Below are positions 9,401 through 18,502 of a DNA stretch of 64,000 nucleotides, piece by piece. The notes beneath the pieces were generated by a model, which saw only the letters and a program-made list of their open reading frames with translations, ran no database searches and was not told the DNA's origin. Position numbers and translations under genes: made by a program. The first letter of the stretch is position 1; each line of letters opens with the position of its first letter. The stretch spans positions 193,387 through 257,386 of the forward strand of contig CBDDBU010000028.1 of NCBI GenBank assembly GCA_965226045.1, given 5' to 3'. This DNA is from Alphaproteobacteria bacterium (GTDB taxonomy: Bacteria > Pseudomonadota > Alphaproteobacteria > VGEJ01).

Positions 9401-10306
9401 TCAAAACTCGCGGATGTGGGCGCCGGATTCCGCCGCCAGCACCTCGGCTAGGCACGGCATATGCTGCTCGCCGTGGCCACGCTCCTTGGCGAGGTCGAAT
9501 AGCTGCTTGGCCGCCCGCGCCATCGAGGCTGGGGCGCCCCCTGACTCCGCCGTGCGAATGAAGATGTCGAGGTCCTTGGCGCCGATCGACAGCGCGGCTT
9601 GGAACAGGCTGCCATTGCCCTCCAGCGCCCACGGCAGCATCACGCGAAAGACGCGGCTGTCGCCGCCGCCGACCGAGATCACGTCGTAAAACGTCTGCAG
9701 ATCGATGCCGAGCTTGGCGGCGGCCGCCGTGGCCTCGGCCACCAGCGCCGTGTTGCACATCGAGATCAGGTTGTTGAACAGCTTGAGCTGGTGACCGGCG
9801 CCCTGAGGGCCAATGTAAAACGCGTTCTCGCAAAACGCGTCGAGCACCGGCTTGAGCGACTCGAACAGCGCGCGCTCGCCGCCGACCATGCAGTTCAGCC
9901 GCCCCTCCTCGGCCTCTTTCGGCGTACGGCTGAACGGGGCATCGAGCATGCGCGCGCCACGCGTCGTCAGCGCCGCGGCGATTTTGAGCGTCGAGTCGGG
10001 TTCCGAGGTCGTGCAATCGACGAAGGTGAACCCCTCGCGGGTGGCTTCGAGCACGCCGCCGGCGCCGAACACCACCGCCTCCACCACTGCCGTCGAAGGC
10101 AGGCACGCGAACACAACATCGCAGTCGCGCACCATGGCCGCCACGCTCTCCGCCTCGGTCGCGCCGCGCGCGCACAGATCGTCGATGGGGACCCTGTTGC
10201 GGTTGCCCTTCACCATCAACGGGTAGCCGGCGGCGAGCACATGCTTCGCGGCGCCATGCCCCATCAAGCCGACACCAATCCAGCCGATGCGCGGTTTGCT
10301 ATCCAT
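9401..10306 (-). CDS. NAD(P)-dependent beta-hydroxyacid dehydrogenase (3-hydroxyisobutyrate dehydrogenase/tartronate-semialdehyde reductase family)
   Basis: N-terminal Rossmann IGWIGVGLMGHGAAKHVL, central catalytic region, C-terminal NAD-binding domain of HIBADH family; 301 aa. Confidence 0.8.
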   Translation of the reverse strand: MDSKPRIGWIGVGLMGHGAAKHVLAAGYPLMVKGNRNRVPIDDLCARGATEAESVAAMVRDCDVVFACLPSTAVVEAVVFGAGGVLEATREGFTFVDCTTSEPDSTLKIAAALTTRGARMLDAPFSRTPKEAEEGRLNCMVGGERALFESLKPVLDAFCENAFYIGPQGAGHQLKLFNNLISMCNTALVAEATAAAAKLGIDLQTFYDVISVGGGDSRVFRVMLPWALEGNGSLFQAALSIGAKDLDIFIRTAESGGAPASMARAAKQLFDLAKERGHGEQHMPCLAEVLAAESGAHIREF

Positions 10307-10469
10307 ATCGCCCCCTGGTTCTTCCCGCCCGTCCTCGCCGGCCGATGCTGCGACAGCCGCTCGACAACATCAAGCGTTGGCCCGTCGCCACGAAACGGGA
10401 CCCGTTTGCCGACCCCCTCGCGGCGGCGGTACGGTTGGCTGCGCGCCGCGCCTCGAAGGTAGATCGCCA

Positions 10470-11324
10470 ATGTGCCGCTTCCTGCTGTATCGCGGCTCCG
10501 AGATGTTGATGTCGGACCTCCTGATGCACTCGGAGCAGTCGCTGATCATGCAGAGCTATCGCGCGCGCGAGCGGTCCGAGCCGCTCAACGGCGATGGCTT
10601 TGGCGTGGGCTGGTATGCGCCGGAAATCGACCCCACCCCGTGCGTCTTCACCAGCATCGCGCCGGCCTGGAGCAATCGTAATTTGCGCCGGCTGGCGGAG
10701 AAGACGCGCTCGGGCTGTTTCTTTGCCCATGTCCGCGCCGCCAGCAGCGGACTGGCGGTCGCCGAGACCAACTGTCACCCCTTCCAGCGCCGCGAGCTGT
10801 TGTGGATGCACAACGGCGCAATCGCGGGCTTCCGGCGCGTGCGACGCCTGATCCGCCGTCACCTGGGTGATGACGCCTACGACGAAATCGAGGGCACCAC
10901 CGATTCCGAGCACGCCCTCGCCTTGTTCAGCGACATCCTGGCGGCGCGCGGCGACCGCTCGCTCGCGGGCCTCAAGGCGGCGGTGCTTGCCACCATACGG
11001 CGCATCGACGAACTGGTCGCCGAAACCGGGTCGACCGACAGCTCACAGCTCAACTTCGCCTTGACCGACGGTGAGAACGTCGTGGTCACCCGCTATGCGA
11101 GTCGCGCCGATGCGCCCGCGCAAACGTTGTACGTCGCCCATGGAAAGCGCTTCGAGCGGGTCGACGCTGGCTACCGCATGGCCCAGGACGGGAGCGGCGC
11201 GGGTGCGCTGATCGTGGCTTCCGAGCCGATCAGCGCCGAGCGTTCCGATTGGACCGCCGTGCCGGTGAACCACATCGTCTCGGTTGACGCCGCGCTCAAC
11301 GTCGCGATCGAGCCGATCGATTGA
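10470..11324 (+). CDS. Class II glutamine amidotransferase (Ntn-hydrolase, EgtC/YafJ-like)
   Basis: Starts Met-Cys (MCRFLLYRGSE...) as in class-II GATases; GDGFGVGWY, CHPFQ, WMHNGAI motifs; internal ATG chosen because of the Cys2. Confidence 0.65.
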   Translation: MCRFLLYRGSEMLMSDLLMHSEQSLIMQSYRARERSEPLNGDGFGVGWYAPEIDPTPCVFTSIAPAWSNRNLRRLAEKTRSGCFFAHVRAASSGLAVAETNCHPFQRRELLWMHNGAIAGFRRVRRLIRRHLGDDAYDEIEGTTDSEHALALFSDILAARGDRSLAGLKAAVLATIRRIDELVAETGSTDSSQLNFALTDGENVVVTRYASRADAPAQTLYVAHGKRFERVDAGYRMAQDGSGAGALIVASEPISAERSDWTAVPVNHIVSVDAALNVAIEPID

Positions 11325-11342
11325 GGAAAGAGGAGTGAAACG

Positions 11343-11810
11343 ATGACGGACGCTGCCTTGCGCGCCCTGCACGACCGCCTGGCGGTCATCGACCGCGCGA
11401 CCCAGTATGCGCGCAATCTTGACCGCCAGGACTGGGCCGGTTTTCGCGCCTGCTTCACCGACCAGCTCGAGACCGACTTCTCCGATTTCACCGGCGAGCC
11501 GGCGCGAACGGCGCCCGCCGACGAGTTCGTGGCCTTCGACCAGCGCATCCTCGCCGGCGTTATCACCCAGCATCTGATCGCCAACCACGAGGTGAGCATC
11601 AACGGCGACGACGCGGTGCTGATCGCCGACGCCATCGCCTCTCATCACCGGCCCGCCGAAGCGGGCGGCGGCGACTACGATGTTCACGGCGTCTATCGCA
11701 TGGTGATGGTGCGCCAAGCCGAGGACCGGACGATGGCCGAGAACTGGAAGATCGCCAGTGTGCGCCTGAGCCTGCGCTGGTACGAGGGCGACCGCGACCT
11801 GCTCGGCTAG
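11343..11810 (+). CDS. NTF2-like/SnoaL-like domain protein
   Basis: 155 aa, DRLAVIDRATQYARNLDRQDWAGFRACFTDQLETDF pattern typical of NTF2-like (DUF4440/SnoaL_2) proteins. Confidence 0.5.
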   Translation: MTDAALRALHDRLAVIDRATQYARNLDRQDWAGFRACFTDQLETDFSDFTGEPARTAPADEFVAFDQRILAGVITQHLIANHEVSINGDDAVLIADAIASHHRPAEAGGGDYDVHGVYRMVMVRQAEDRTMAENWKIASVRLSLRWYEGDRDLLG

Positions 11811-11889
11811 CGCGACGCGGCCTGGGGGCCGTGCTAGTGGTGAGTCTGACGCGTTCGGATGGCGAGAACCGACCTATTGCGGGATCATC

Positions 11890-12738
11890 CTACAGTCGTC
11901 TGGCGGCGATCAGCAGGAACATCGGCCGCTCGCGTTCCTCCGCCAGTTCCGGCGTGGCGGCAATTTGGTCGGCCGTCGGACAGAACTCTTCGACATGCTC
12001 GATCGTGAACCCAGATTGCATGAGAAGGTTGAGGGTGGTTCCCATCGTGCGATGATGCTTCACGACCCCTCGGGCAAGCCAGTCGGTCGTTCGCGGCCCC
12101 TCCACCAAATAGCGGTCGACCGGCCATGTTTTTCGCCCCTCGGCGTCGATCGACCAGCCCGGATTCGTTGGCGCCATGTAGATCGGGTGCTCGGTCGAGA
12201 AGATGAAGCGTCCACTGGGAACCAGTGCCCGCTGTATCGTTCCGAACAGCCGTGCGGCGTCCTCGATGTAGTGCAGGGCCAGCGAGCTATAGGCCAGCTC
12301 GAAGCAGGCGTCGGGCAGATAGAGTCGCTCGAGATCGGCTCTCTCGTAGTTGATCGCGCTATCCGCGGTGGTGGCCTTGCCCAGCACGGGCAAGCATCTT
12401 TTCGGATACGTCATCTCCGTGCCAGCGCGCACCCTTCTGCTTGGGCTCGGAGATCCGGCGCCTTCAAGACCACGGGCAAGCATCTTTTCGGATACGTCCA
12501 GGCCCAGGACCCGCGCGGCGCCCCGTTCACACGCCCAGCGACAGAACCAGCCGAAGCCGCAGCCGAGATCAATGACCCTGAGGCCGTTCATATCAGGCAG
12601 CATCGCCCGCAGCGCTGGCCACTCCGCCGCGCCAACCAAGCCTTCGACCGATCGGCTGAGGTGGCTATAGCCTTCGAAGAAATCCGATCGATCGTAGACG
12701 TTTTGCGCCATGTTTGTCTTAGCGCTTTCAGCGGCCAA
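11890..12738 (-). CDS. Class I SAM-dependent methyltransferase (Methyltransf_11-like) carrying an internal ~86-bp duplication
   Basis: VIDLGCGFGWF (motif I), LDVSEKMLAR, ELAYSSLALHYI motifs; extra ~29 aa segment generated by direct repeat 12386-12412/12472-12498. Confidence 0.7.
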   Translation of the reverse strand: MAAESAKTNMAQNVYDRSDFFEGYSHLSRSVEGLVGAAEWPALRAMLPDMNGLRVIDLGCGFGWFCRWACERGAARVLGLDVSEKMLARGLEGAGSPSPSRRVRAGTEMTYPKRCLPVLGKATTADSAINYERADLERLYLPDACFELAYSSLALHYIEDAARLFGTIQRALVPSGRFIFSTEHPIYMAPTNPGWSIDAEGRKTWPVDRYLVEGPRTTDWLARGVVKHHRTMGTTLNLLMQSGFTIEHVEEFCPTADQIAATPELAEERERPMFLLIAARRL

Positions 12739-12768
12739 CCACGGGTACCAAGCGTCAGATCCGTGCCA

Positions 12769-13440
12769 CTAGGCGCTCTCGTCCAGGCCCATCTGCCAGA
12801 ACTGCGCTTCAAGCCGGGTGGCCCGGCTGAACGTCGAGATCAGCGCCGGCAGGCGCGCCTCGCTTAGCCGTCGGCGCGCCATGACGTCGAGTTGTTCGCG
12901 CGCCGCGTGTGCCAGGGACTGGTATTCCTCGCCGGCATAGGCGTCGATCCAGGCGCGATAGGGATTGCCGTCAAGCCGGGTCGCCGGATCGTCGAGGAGT
13001 GCGCGCGCGATCTCGCCGTAGCCGACCACGCACGGCGCGAGCGCGGTGTGCAGGTCCAGCACGTCGCCGGCCATGCCGCCCTCCAACACAAACCGCGTAT
13101 AGGCGATCGTCGCCGTTGCCTCAGGCGCGCCTTCGAGGTCCTCGCGGCTCAGGCCCCATTCGGCGCAGAACCCCACGTGAAGGCCCATTTCGCTGTCGAG
13201 AATGCCGCCGAGGGTGCGCGCGGCGGCGCGCATGTCGTCAATGGTGTCGGCTTTGTAGACGCTCAGGGCGTAGGCGCGGGCGAACTGGATCAGGAACAGA
13301 TAATCCTGCACCAGGTAATGGCGAAAACAGGCCTCCGGAAGCGTGCCGGCGCCGAGTGCGCGGACGAACTGGTGGCCGGTGTAGGCGCGCCACTCCTCGG
13401 CGCAGGCCTCCTTCAGTCGGTCGTACAGCGATGCGTCCAT
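12769..13440 (-). CDS. TenA family thiaminase II / aminopyrimidine aminohydrolase
   Basis: 223 aa; HQFVRALGAGTLPEACFRHYLVQDYLFL, C-terminal EAQFW motifs of TenA/Thi-4 family. Confidence 0.8.
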   Translation of the reverse strand: MDASLYDRLKEACAEEWRAYTGHQFVRALGAGTLPEACFRHYLVQDYLFLIQFARAYALSVYKADTIDDMRAAARTLGGILDSEMGLHVGFCAEWGLSREDLEGAPEATATIAYTRFVLEGGMAGDVLDLHTALAPCVVGYGEIARALLDDPATRLDGNPYRAWIDAYAGEEYQSLAHAAREQLDVMARRRLSEARLPALISTFSRATRLEAQFWQMGLDESA

Positions 13441-13570
13441 GCCGGCGCATCATAGGGCGATGGCGTTGGTCGGGCTATTTCGCGCGTGTCTCGCCGCGTG
13501 GATCGCAGCACGTCCCGCGCCCCGCGCCGGGCTGTTAGAATGCCCGTGCGGCGACAAGGGGGGGGCGACG

Positions 13571-14677
13571 ATGGAGTTCAAGGCCGCGGTCCTGCACGAG
13601 GTCGGCGGGCCGCTCGCGATCGAACGGATCGAGGCCGGCCCGCTCAAGGCCACCGACGTGCTGGTGCGGCTCAAGGCTAGCGGGCTCTGTCACACCGACC
13701 TCGAAGCGATCAACGGCCAGCTCGTCTATCCACTCCCCCTCGTGCCCGGTCACGAGGCGGCGGGCGTGGTCGAGGCCGTGGGCGCGGCGGTGCGATTGGT
13801 CGAGCCGGGCGACCATGTCGTGTGCTCGTGGAACCCAACCTGTGGTCATTGCTTTTATTGCGACCGGGATCAGCCGATCCTGTGCGAGCCGTTCACCACC
13901 CACCAGCCGCGCGGGCGTCTACTCGACGGCGAGTCGCGGCTGCGGTTGAACGGCGCGCGGCTGCACCATTTCATGATGGTCTGCGGTTTCGCCGAATATT
14001 GCGTGGTGCCCGAATCGGGCGCCATTCCGATCCCCGACGACATCGCCTTCGATCGCGCGTGCCTGATCGGCTGTGGCGTGATGACCGGGGTTGGCGCGGT
14101 GTTGCGGGTCGCCAAGGTGGCGGTGGGCGAGAGCGCGGTCGTCATCGGCTGCGGTGGGGTTGGGCTCAACGCCGTGCAAGGGGCTCGGCTTGCCCGCGCC
14201 GAACCGATCATCGCCGTCGATGTCTCGCCCGAGAAGCTGGCGACCGCCAAGGCTTTCGGTGCGACCCACACCATCGATGCGCGGAACCAAGACGCGGCCG
14301 AGGCGGTGCGAGTGCAGACCCGGGGGCGCGGCGCCGACAACGTGTTCGAGGCCGCCGGCAACGAAGCGAGCTTTCGGCTCGCGTTCGAGGCGGCACGGCC
14401 GGGCGGGCGCGTCGTTATCCTTGGCAAGACCAACGTCGATCAGGAAATTCGCTTCCGTTGGGGCACGCTGATGGGCGAGAAGCGGATGGTGCGGTCGAGC
14501 TACGGCGGGGCCCGGCCGCGCGAGGATTTCCCGCTGTTGGTCCGGCTCTACCGTGACGGCGAACTAATGCTCGACGAACTGATCTCCGAGCGCATCAGCC
14601 TCGATCAGATCAACGAGGGCTTCGCCGCGATGGCCAACGGCGAGATTATCCGCGCCGTCATCGAGTTCCCGGACTGA
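13571..14677 (+). CDS. Zn-dependent alcohol dehydrogenase (MDR superfamily, class-III/FDH-like)
   Basis: GLCHTDL, GHEAAGVVEAVG, CGHCFYC structural-Zn motif, GCGGVGLNAVQGA Rossmann motif; ATG 13571 follows G8 tract. Confidence 0.85.
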   Translation: MEFKAAVLHEVGGPLAIERIEAGPLKATDVLVRLKASGLCHTDLEAINGQLVYPLPLVPGHEAAGVVEAVGAAVRLVEPGDHVVCSWNPTCGHCFYCDRDQPILCEPFTTHQPRGRLLDGESRLRLNGARLHHFMMVCGFAEYCVVPESGAIPIPDDIAFDRACLIGCGVMTGVGAVLRVAKVAVGESAVVIGCGGVGLNAVQGARLARAEPIIAVDVSPEKLATAKAFGATHTIDARNQDAAEAVRVQTRGRGADNVFEAAGNEASFRLAFEAARPGGRVVILGKTNVDQEIRFRWGTLMGEKRMVRSSYGGARPREDFPLLVRLYRDGELMLDELISERISLDQINEGFAAMANGEIIRAVIEFPD

Positions 14678-14689
14678 GGGCGCGGGACG

Positions 14690-16936
14690 ATGAAAGTACT
14701 GGGATACAGCGATCGAATAAGCGTCGCGCCGGGCGAGAGCATCCGCTTCCATGTCAGCTGCGATGGCCCCAAGACGTTCCGCGCCGATATCGTTCGGGTG
14801 ATCTGCGGCGATGAGAACCCGGCCGGCCCGGGCTACAAGGAGGAACTGGTCCCGAGCCCCGCCAACCGCCGCTACCCAGGCCGCAAGCAGGACACGTTGG
14901 CCGGCTCTTATGGTCTGGTGCCGCACGGCCCGGTGCTCAGTGGTCTTTCGAGCTTCACCGTCCAGGCGATGGTCTGGCCGACCACGCCGCTGAAGGGCGA
15001 GCAGACCCTCATCGCCCTGTGGTCGGCGCGCGAGAACCACGGCTTTCGGCTGATGCTCGACGAGACGGGCGCGCTCGCGCTTCGGCTCGGCGACGGCGCT
15101 GGCGGAGTCGAGACCGTGGCCACGGGGGTACCGCTCGACGAACGCGAATGGTACGTCATCGCGGCCAGCTACGATGCCACCAGTGGTCGCGTGAGGGTGC
15201 GTCAGGAGGCGCTGGTCCGCCGCGCCTTCACAGAGCCTGTGGCGGCGGCCGAGCGACGGGTGCGCCTGCGGCTCGACGACCTCGGCGCGGCGCCGTTGAT
15301 GTTCGCCGCCCACGCCCAGGGCCTGCGCCACGGGCGCCTCCGCACCACTGGCCACTACAACGGCAAGATCGACGCCCCGCGCCTCGCCAACCGCGCCCTC
15401 GACGCCGCCGAGATCACGGCCCTGCAACACGGCCGGCTCGCCACCGACCTTCGCAATGCCGTGGTTGGCGCCTGGGATTTCTCGCGCGATATTTCGAGCG
15501 AACGCCTCAGCGATACCTCGGGCAACGGCCTCCACGGCGCGACCGTCAATCTGCCGGCCCGAGCCATGACCGGGCACAACTGGGACCGTAGCGAGATGTG
15601 CTGGACCCATGCGCCCGACCAGTACGGCGCCATCCATTTTCACGACGACGATCTCTACGATGCCGGCTGGGAGCCGAGTTTCGAACTCACCATCCCGCGC
15701 ACGATGAAGAGCGGCTGCTACGCCGCGCGTCTGCGCGCCGGGGGCGATGAGGACTATGTCCCCTTCTACGTGCGCCCACCACGCGGCACGGCCACCGCCA
15801 AGATCGCCTATCTGGCCTCGACCGCCTCGTACATGGCCTATGGCAATTATCTGTTCGTGTTCGACTTCCCGGCGGTCGAGTTGCTGACCGACCGGGTGCT
15901 CACGATATATATCTGGGAGATATATCTTAAGGCCCACTCAGAGCTCGCTGGCTCGATGTATGAGTGCCATACGGACGGCAGCGGCATCTGCTATTCATCG
16001 CGCCTGCGCCCGCTCATCAACCACCGGCCCAAGGCCAAGCTCTCGCTTGCCGCCACCGGCTCCGAGCTGTGGGGCTATAACGCCGACACCCACCTCACCG
16101 ACTGGCTCGAGGCCCAGGGTTTCGATTTCGACGTCATCACCGACGAGGACCTCGAGGCCGAAGGCGTGGCGCTCCTCAAGCCCTACCGCGCGGTGCTCAC
16201 CGGCACCCACCCGGAGTATGTCTCGGCCGGGATGTGGGACGCGATCCACACCTACACCGATCAGGGCGGGCGGCTGATGTACATGGGCGGCAACGGCTTT
16301 TACTGGCACATCGCCTATCACCCGACGCTGCCAGGCGTGATCGAGGTGCGCCGGACCGAGGGCTCGACCCGCGCCTGGAAGGCCGATCCCGGCGAGGACT
16401 ATCACAGCTTCACCGGCCAGTATGGCGGCCTCCTGCGCCACCAGGGCCGTACGCCGAACATCCTCACCGGCGCCGGGTTCACGGCCCAGGGCTTCGACTT
16501 CTCGATCGGCTACCGGCGCACCGAGGCGAGCTTCGATCCCCGCATCGCCTGGGCCTTCGACGGCATCGCCGCCGACGAGACGATCGGGGATTTCGGCCTG
16601 ATCGGCAACGGCGCCGCCGGGCTCGAGGTCGACTGCGCCGACTACGCGTTGGGGACGCCGAGCCATGCGTTGATCGTCGCCCGCGCCGATGACTTGAGCG
16701 ACACCTTCATGCTGGTGCCCGAGCAGAGTCTGGTGCCGATGCCCGATCAGCTTGGCACCATGCACGACCAGATTCGCGCCGATCTGGTCTTTCACGAGAC
16801 GCCGAACGGCGGCGCGGCGTTTGCCTTCAGTTCGATGGCCTGGTGCGGCAGCCTCGCCCACAACAACTATGACAACAACGTCTCGCGGCTGACCGGCAAC
16901 GTCTTGCGGCGCTTCGCCTCGGACGAGCCGTTCTGA
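14690..16936 (+). CDS. N,N-dimethylformamidase large (beta) subunit DmfA2 family protein
   Basis: 748 aa; N-term ICGDENPAGPGYKEE, central PRGTATAKIAYLASTASYMAYGNY, C-term EYVSAGMWDAIHTYTDQGGRLMYMGGNGFYWHIAYHP and NNYDNNVSRLTGNVLRRF match the DmfA2 family as recalled; no dmfA1 small-subunit gene adjacent. Confidence 0.7.
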   Translation: MKVLGYSDRISVAPGESIRFHVSCDGPKTFRADIVRVICGDENPAGPGYKEELVPSPANRRYPGRKQDTLAGSYGLVPHGPVLSGLSSFTVQAMVWPTTPLKGEQTLIALWSARENHGFRLMLDETGALALRLGDGAGGVETVATGVPLDEREWYVIAASYDATSGRVRVRQEALVRRAFTEPVAAAERRVRLRLDDLGAAPLMFAAHAQGLRHGRLRTTGHYNGKIDAPRLANRALDAAEITALQHGRLATDLRNAVVGAWDFSRDISSERLSDTSGNGLHGATVNLPARAMTGHNWDRSEMCWTHAPDQYGAIHFHDDDLYDAGWEPSFELTIPRTMKSGCYAARLRAGGDEDYVPFYVRPPRGTATAKIAYLASTASYMAYGNYLFVFDFPAVELLTDRVLTIYIWEIYLKAHSELAGSMYECHTDGSGICYSSRLRPLINHRPKAKLSLAATGSELWGYNADTHLTDWLEAQGFDFDVITDEDLEAEGVALLKPYRAVLTGTHPEYVSAGMWDAIHTYTDQGGRLMYMGGNGFYWHIAYHPTLPGVIEVRRTEGSTRAWKADPGEDYHSFTGQYGGLLRHQGRTPNILTGAGFTAQGFDFSIGYRRTEASFDPRIAWAFDGIAADETIGDFGLIGNGAAGLEVDCADYALGTPSHALIVARADDLSDTFMLVPEQSLVPMPDQLGTMHDQIRADLVFHETPNGGAAFAFSSMAWCGSLAHNNYDNNVSRLTGNVLRRFASDEPF

Positions 16937-17012
16937 GCGGCCGTTCGACTTCGGCCGACCGGTCGAGAATAATCAAGGCACTCAAATAGGCGGGTTTAGG
17001 GGAGTTAGCGGG

Positions 17013-18209
17013 ATGGAAGTCGCCGAGCGCATGCACGGGCTGCCGCGGATCGGTCTCGACATCATGGGCGATCTCGCCAACGAACGGGACACGGCGGCGG
17101 CCGATCGCACGTTTCGCTTGGAGAACGCCGATAGCGACATTCCGCCCCCGGAGATCGCGATCAGGGCGACCCGCGAGGCGGTCGGCAAGGACGAGTACAA
17201 CAGCTGGCTGCCGCTGGTCGGATTGCGCGCACTCCGCGCCGCTGTCGCCGAGCGCATCCGTCGCGAGGACGGACTGACGTACGACGGGGCGAGCGAGGTG
17301 GTGATTACCAACGGCGTGCAGGAGGGGTTGTTGTCCACGCTTTTGGCGCTGTTGAACCCGGGCGATGGGGTGATCACGCCCGAGCCCGCCTATTCCGGCA
17401 TCATCAATCGCATCCGCCTCGCCCACGGCGTGCCCCAATTCGTGCCGTTGCGCGAGGCCGAGGGGTGGCGCCTCGACCTCGATCAACTTGAGCGCCGGGC
17501 CGACGACACCACCAAGGCGATCGTCTTCAACGCCACCAACATGCCGACCGGCGCCACCTTCGCGCGCGAGGATCTGGATGCGATCGCCGATCTCGCCAGG
17601 CGGCGCGATCTCTGGGTGATCTATGACGCGCCCACCTCGCGCCTGACCTTCGATGTCGATCGGACGCTGAACATTGCCACCTGGCCGGGAATGCGCGAGC
17701 GCGCGATCATCCTCGACGGCGTGTCCAAGGATTTCAACATGACCGCCTGGCGGATCGGCTGGGCGGTCGCCGACAAGGCCGTGATCGAGCATATCGGCAA
17801 GGCGCACATGTACAACGGGACTCTGACCAGCGCCTTCGCCCAGGCCGGGGTGATCGCGCTTCTCGAGGATCACGCCGGCTTCGATTTGTATGCCCGGGAA
17901 TGCGCCGGCGTCCTCGCGGAGCGTGGCCGGACCGCCGCCGCGGGAATCAACGCTATTCCGGGGCTGAGCTGCGTGCCGCCCCGGGGCGGATGGTGGTTCC
18001 TGGTCGATCATCGCGAGGTCGAGCCCGACGACGCGAAGTTCGCCCACTACCTCCTGGCCGAGGCCAACGTCGCGGTGACCCCGATGGCCACGTGGGGGCC
18101 CTCAACGGCGGTCGGCCACATCCGCGTCATCTTCTCGAACGAACCAGTCGAACGCTTGACGGAGGCGGTCGAGCGCATCGGCCGCGCGGTCGCCAAGCTC
18201 GGGGGCTAG
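17013..18209 (+). CDS. PLP-dependent aminotransferase (class I/II fold type I)
   Basis: 398 aa; LNPGD, FNATNMPTG, DGVSKDFNMTAWRIGW (Lys of SxxK) motifs. Confidence 0.8.
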   Translation: MEVAERMHGLPRIGLDIMGDLANERDTAAADRTFRLENADSDIPPPEIAIRATREAVGKDEYNSWLPLVGLRALRAAVAERIRREDGLTYDGASEVVITNGVQEGLLSTLLALLNPGDGVITPEPAYSGIINRIRLAHGVPQFVPLREAEGWRLDLDQLERRADDTTKAIVFNATNMPTGATFAREDLDAIADLARRRDLWVIYDAPTSRLTFDVDRTLNIATWPGMRERAIILDGVSKDFNMTAWRIGWAVADKAVIEHIGKAHMYNGTLTSAFAQAGVIALLEDHAGFDLYARECAGVLAERGRTAAAGINAIPGLSCVPPRGGWWFLVDHREVEPDDAKFAHYLLAEANVAVTPMATWGPSTAVGHIRVIFSNEPVERLTEAVERIGRAVAKLGG

Positions 18210-18259
18210 ATCGTGACGACAACAATGTTATCCCAGCCCCCGCCTTTCCCGTTATTCAG

Positions 18260-18452
18260 CCTGGACCCTCGGGTCAAGCCCAAGGGTGACACAGGGGATC
18301 GGTAGTCGGTCCTCCCGTACCCCCGTTGTCATGCTCGCGCTTGACGCGAGCATCCAGAGGCCATCGTAGAGGTGTCAACCATGTCTCCGAACACGCGTTC
18401 ATGTTGCCTCCGCCTCGGCGCCTGGACCCTTGGCTCGGGCCCGAGGGTGACA
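18260..18452 (+). repeat. Intergenic structured element: two ~33-bp imperfect direct repeats (cctggaccct...gggtgacac) flanking a perfect 9-bp-stem hairpin
   Basis: Repeat at 18260-18292 and 18420-18452; hairpin atgctcgcg-cttga-cgcgagcat at 18328-18350. Confidence 0.45.
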
Positions 18453-18502
18453 CTACTGTTGGTGACAGGGGGCCGACGAGGCGATGGCGGAGGTCATCGC
18501 TC

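Noticed and set aside
14564-15937. 457-aa minus-strand ORF across the DmfA2-like gene
   Set aside because: Antisense shadow ORF; the plus-strand product has a clear family match.
16937-17012. Possible terminator hairpin cggccg-ttcgacttc-ggccg after the DmfA2-like gene
   Set aside because: Short palindromic stem without a following T-run; weak.
16827-18047. 406-aa minus-strand ORF across the aminotransferase gene
   Set aside because: Antisense to a PLP-aminotransferase with conserved motifs; Gly/Arg/Asp-rich shadow.
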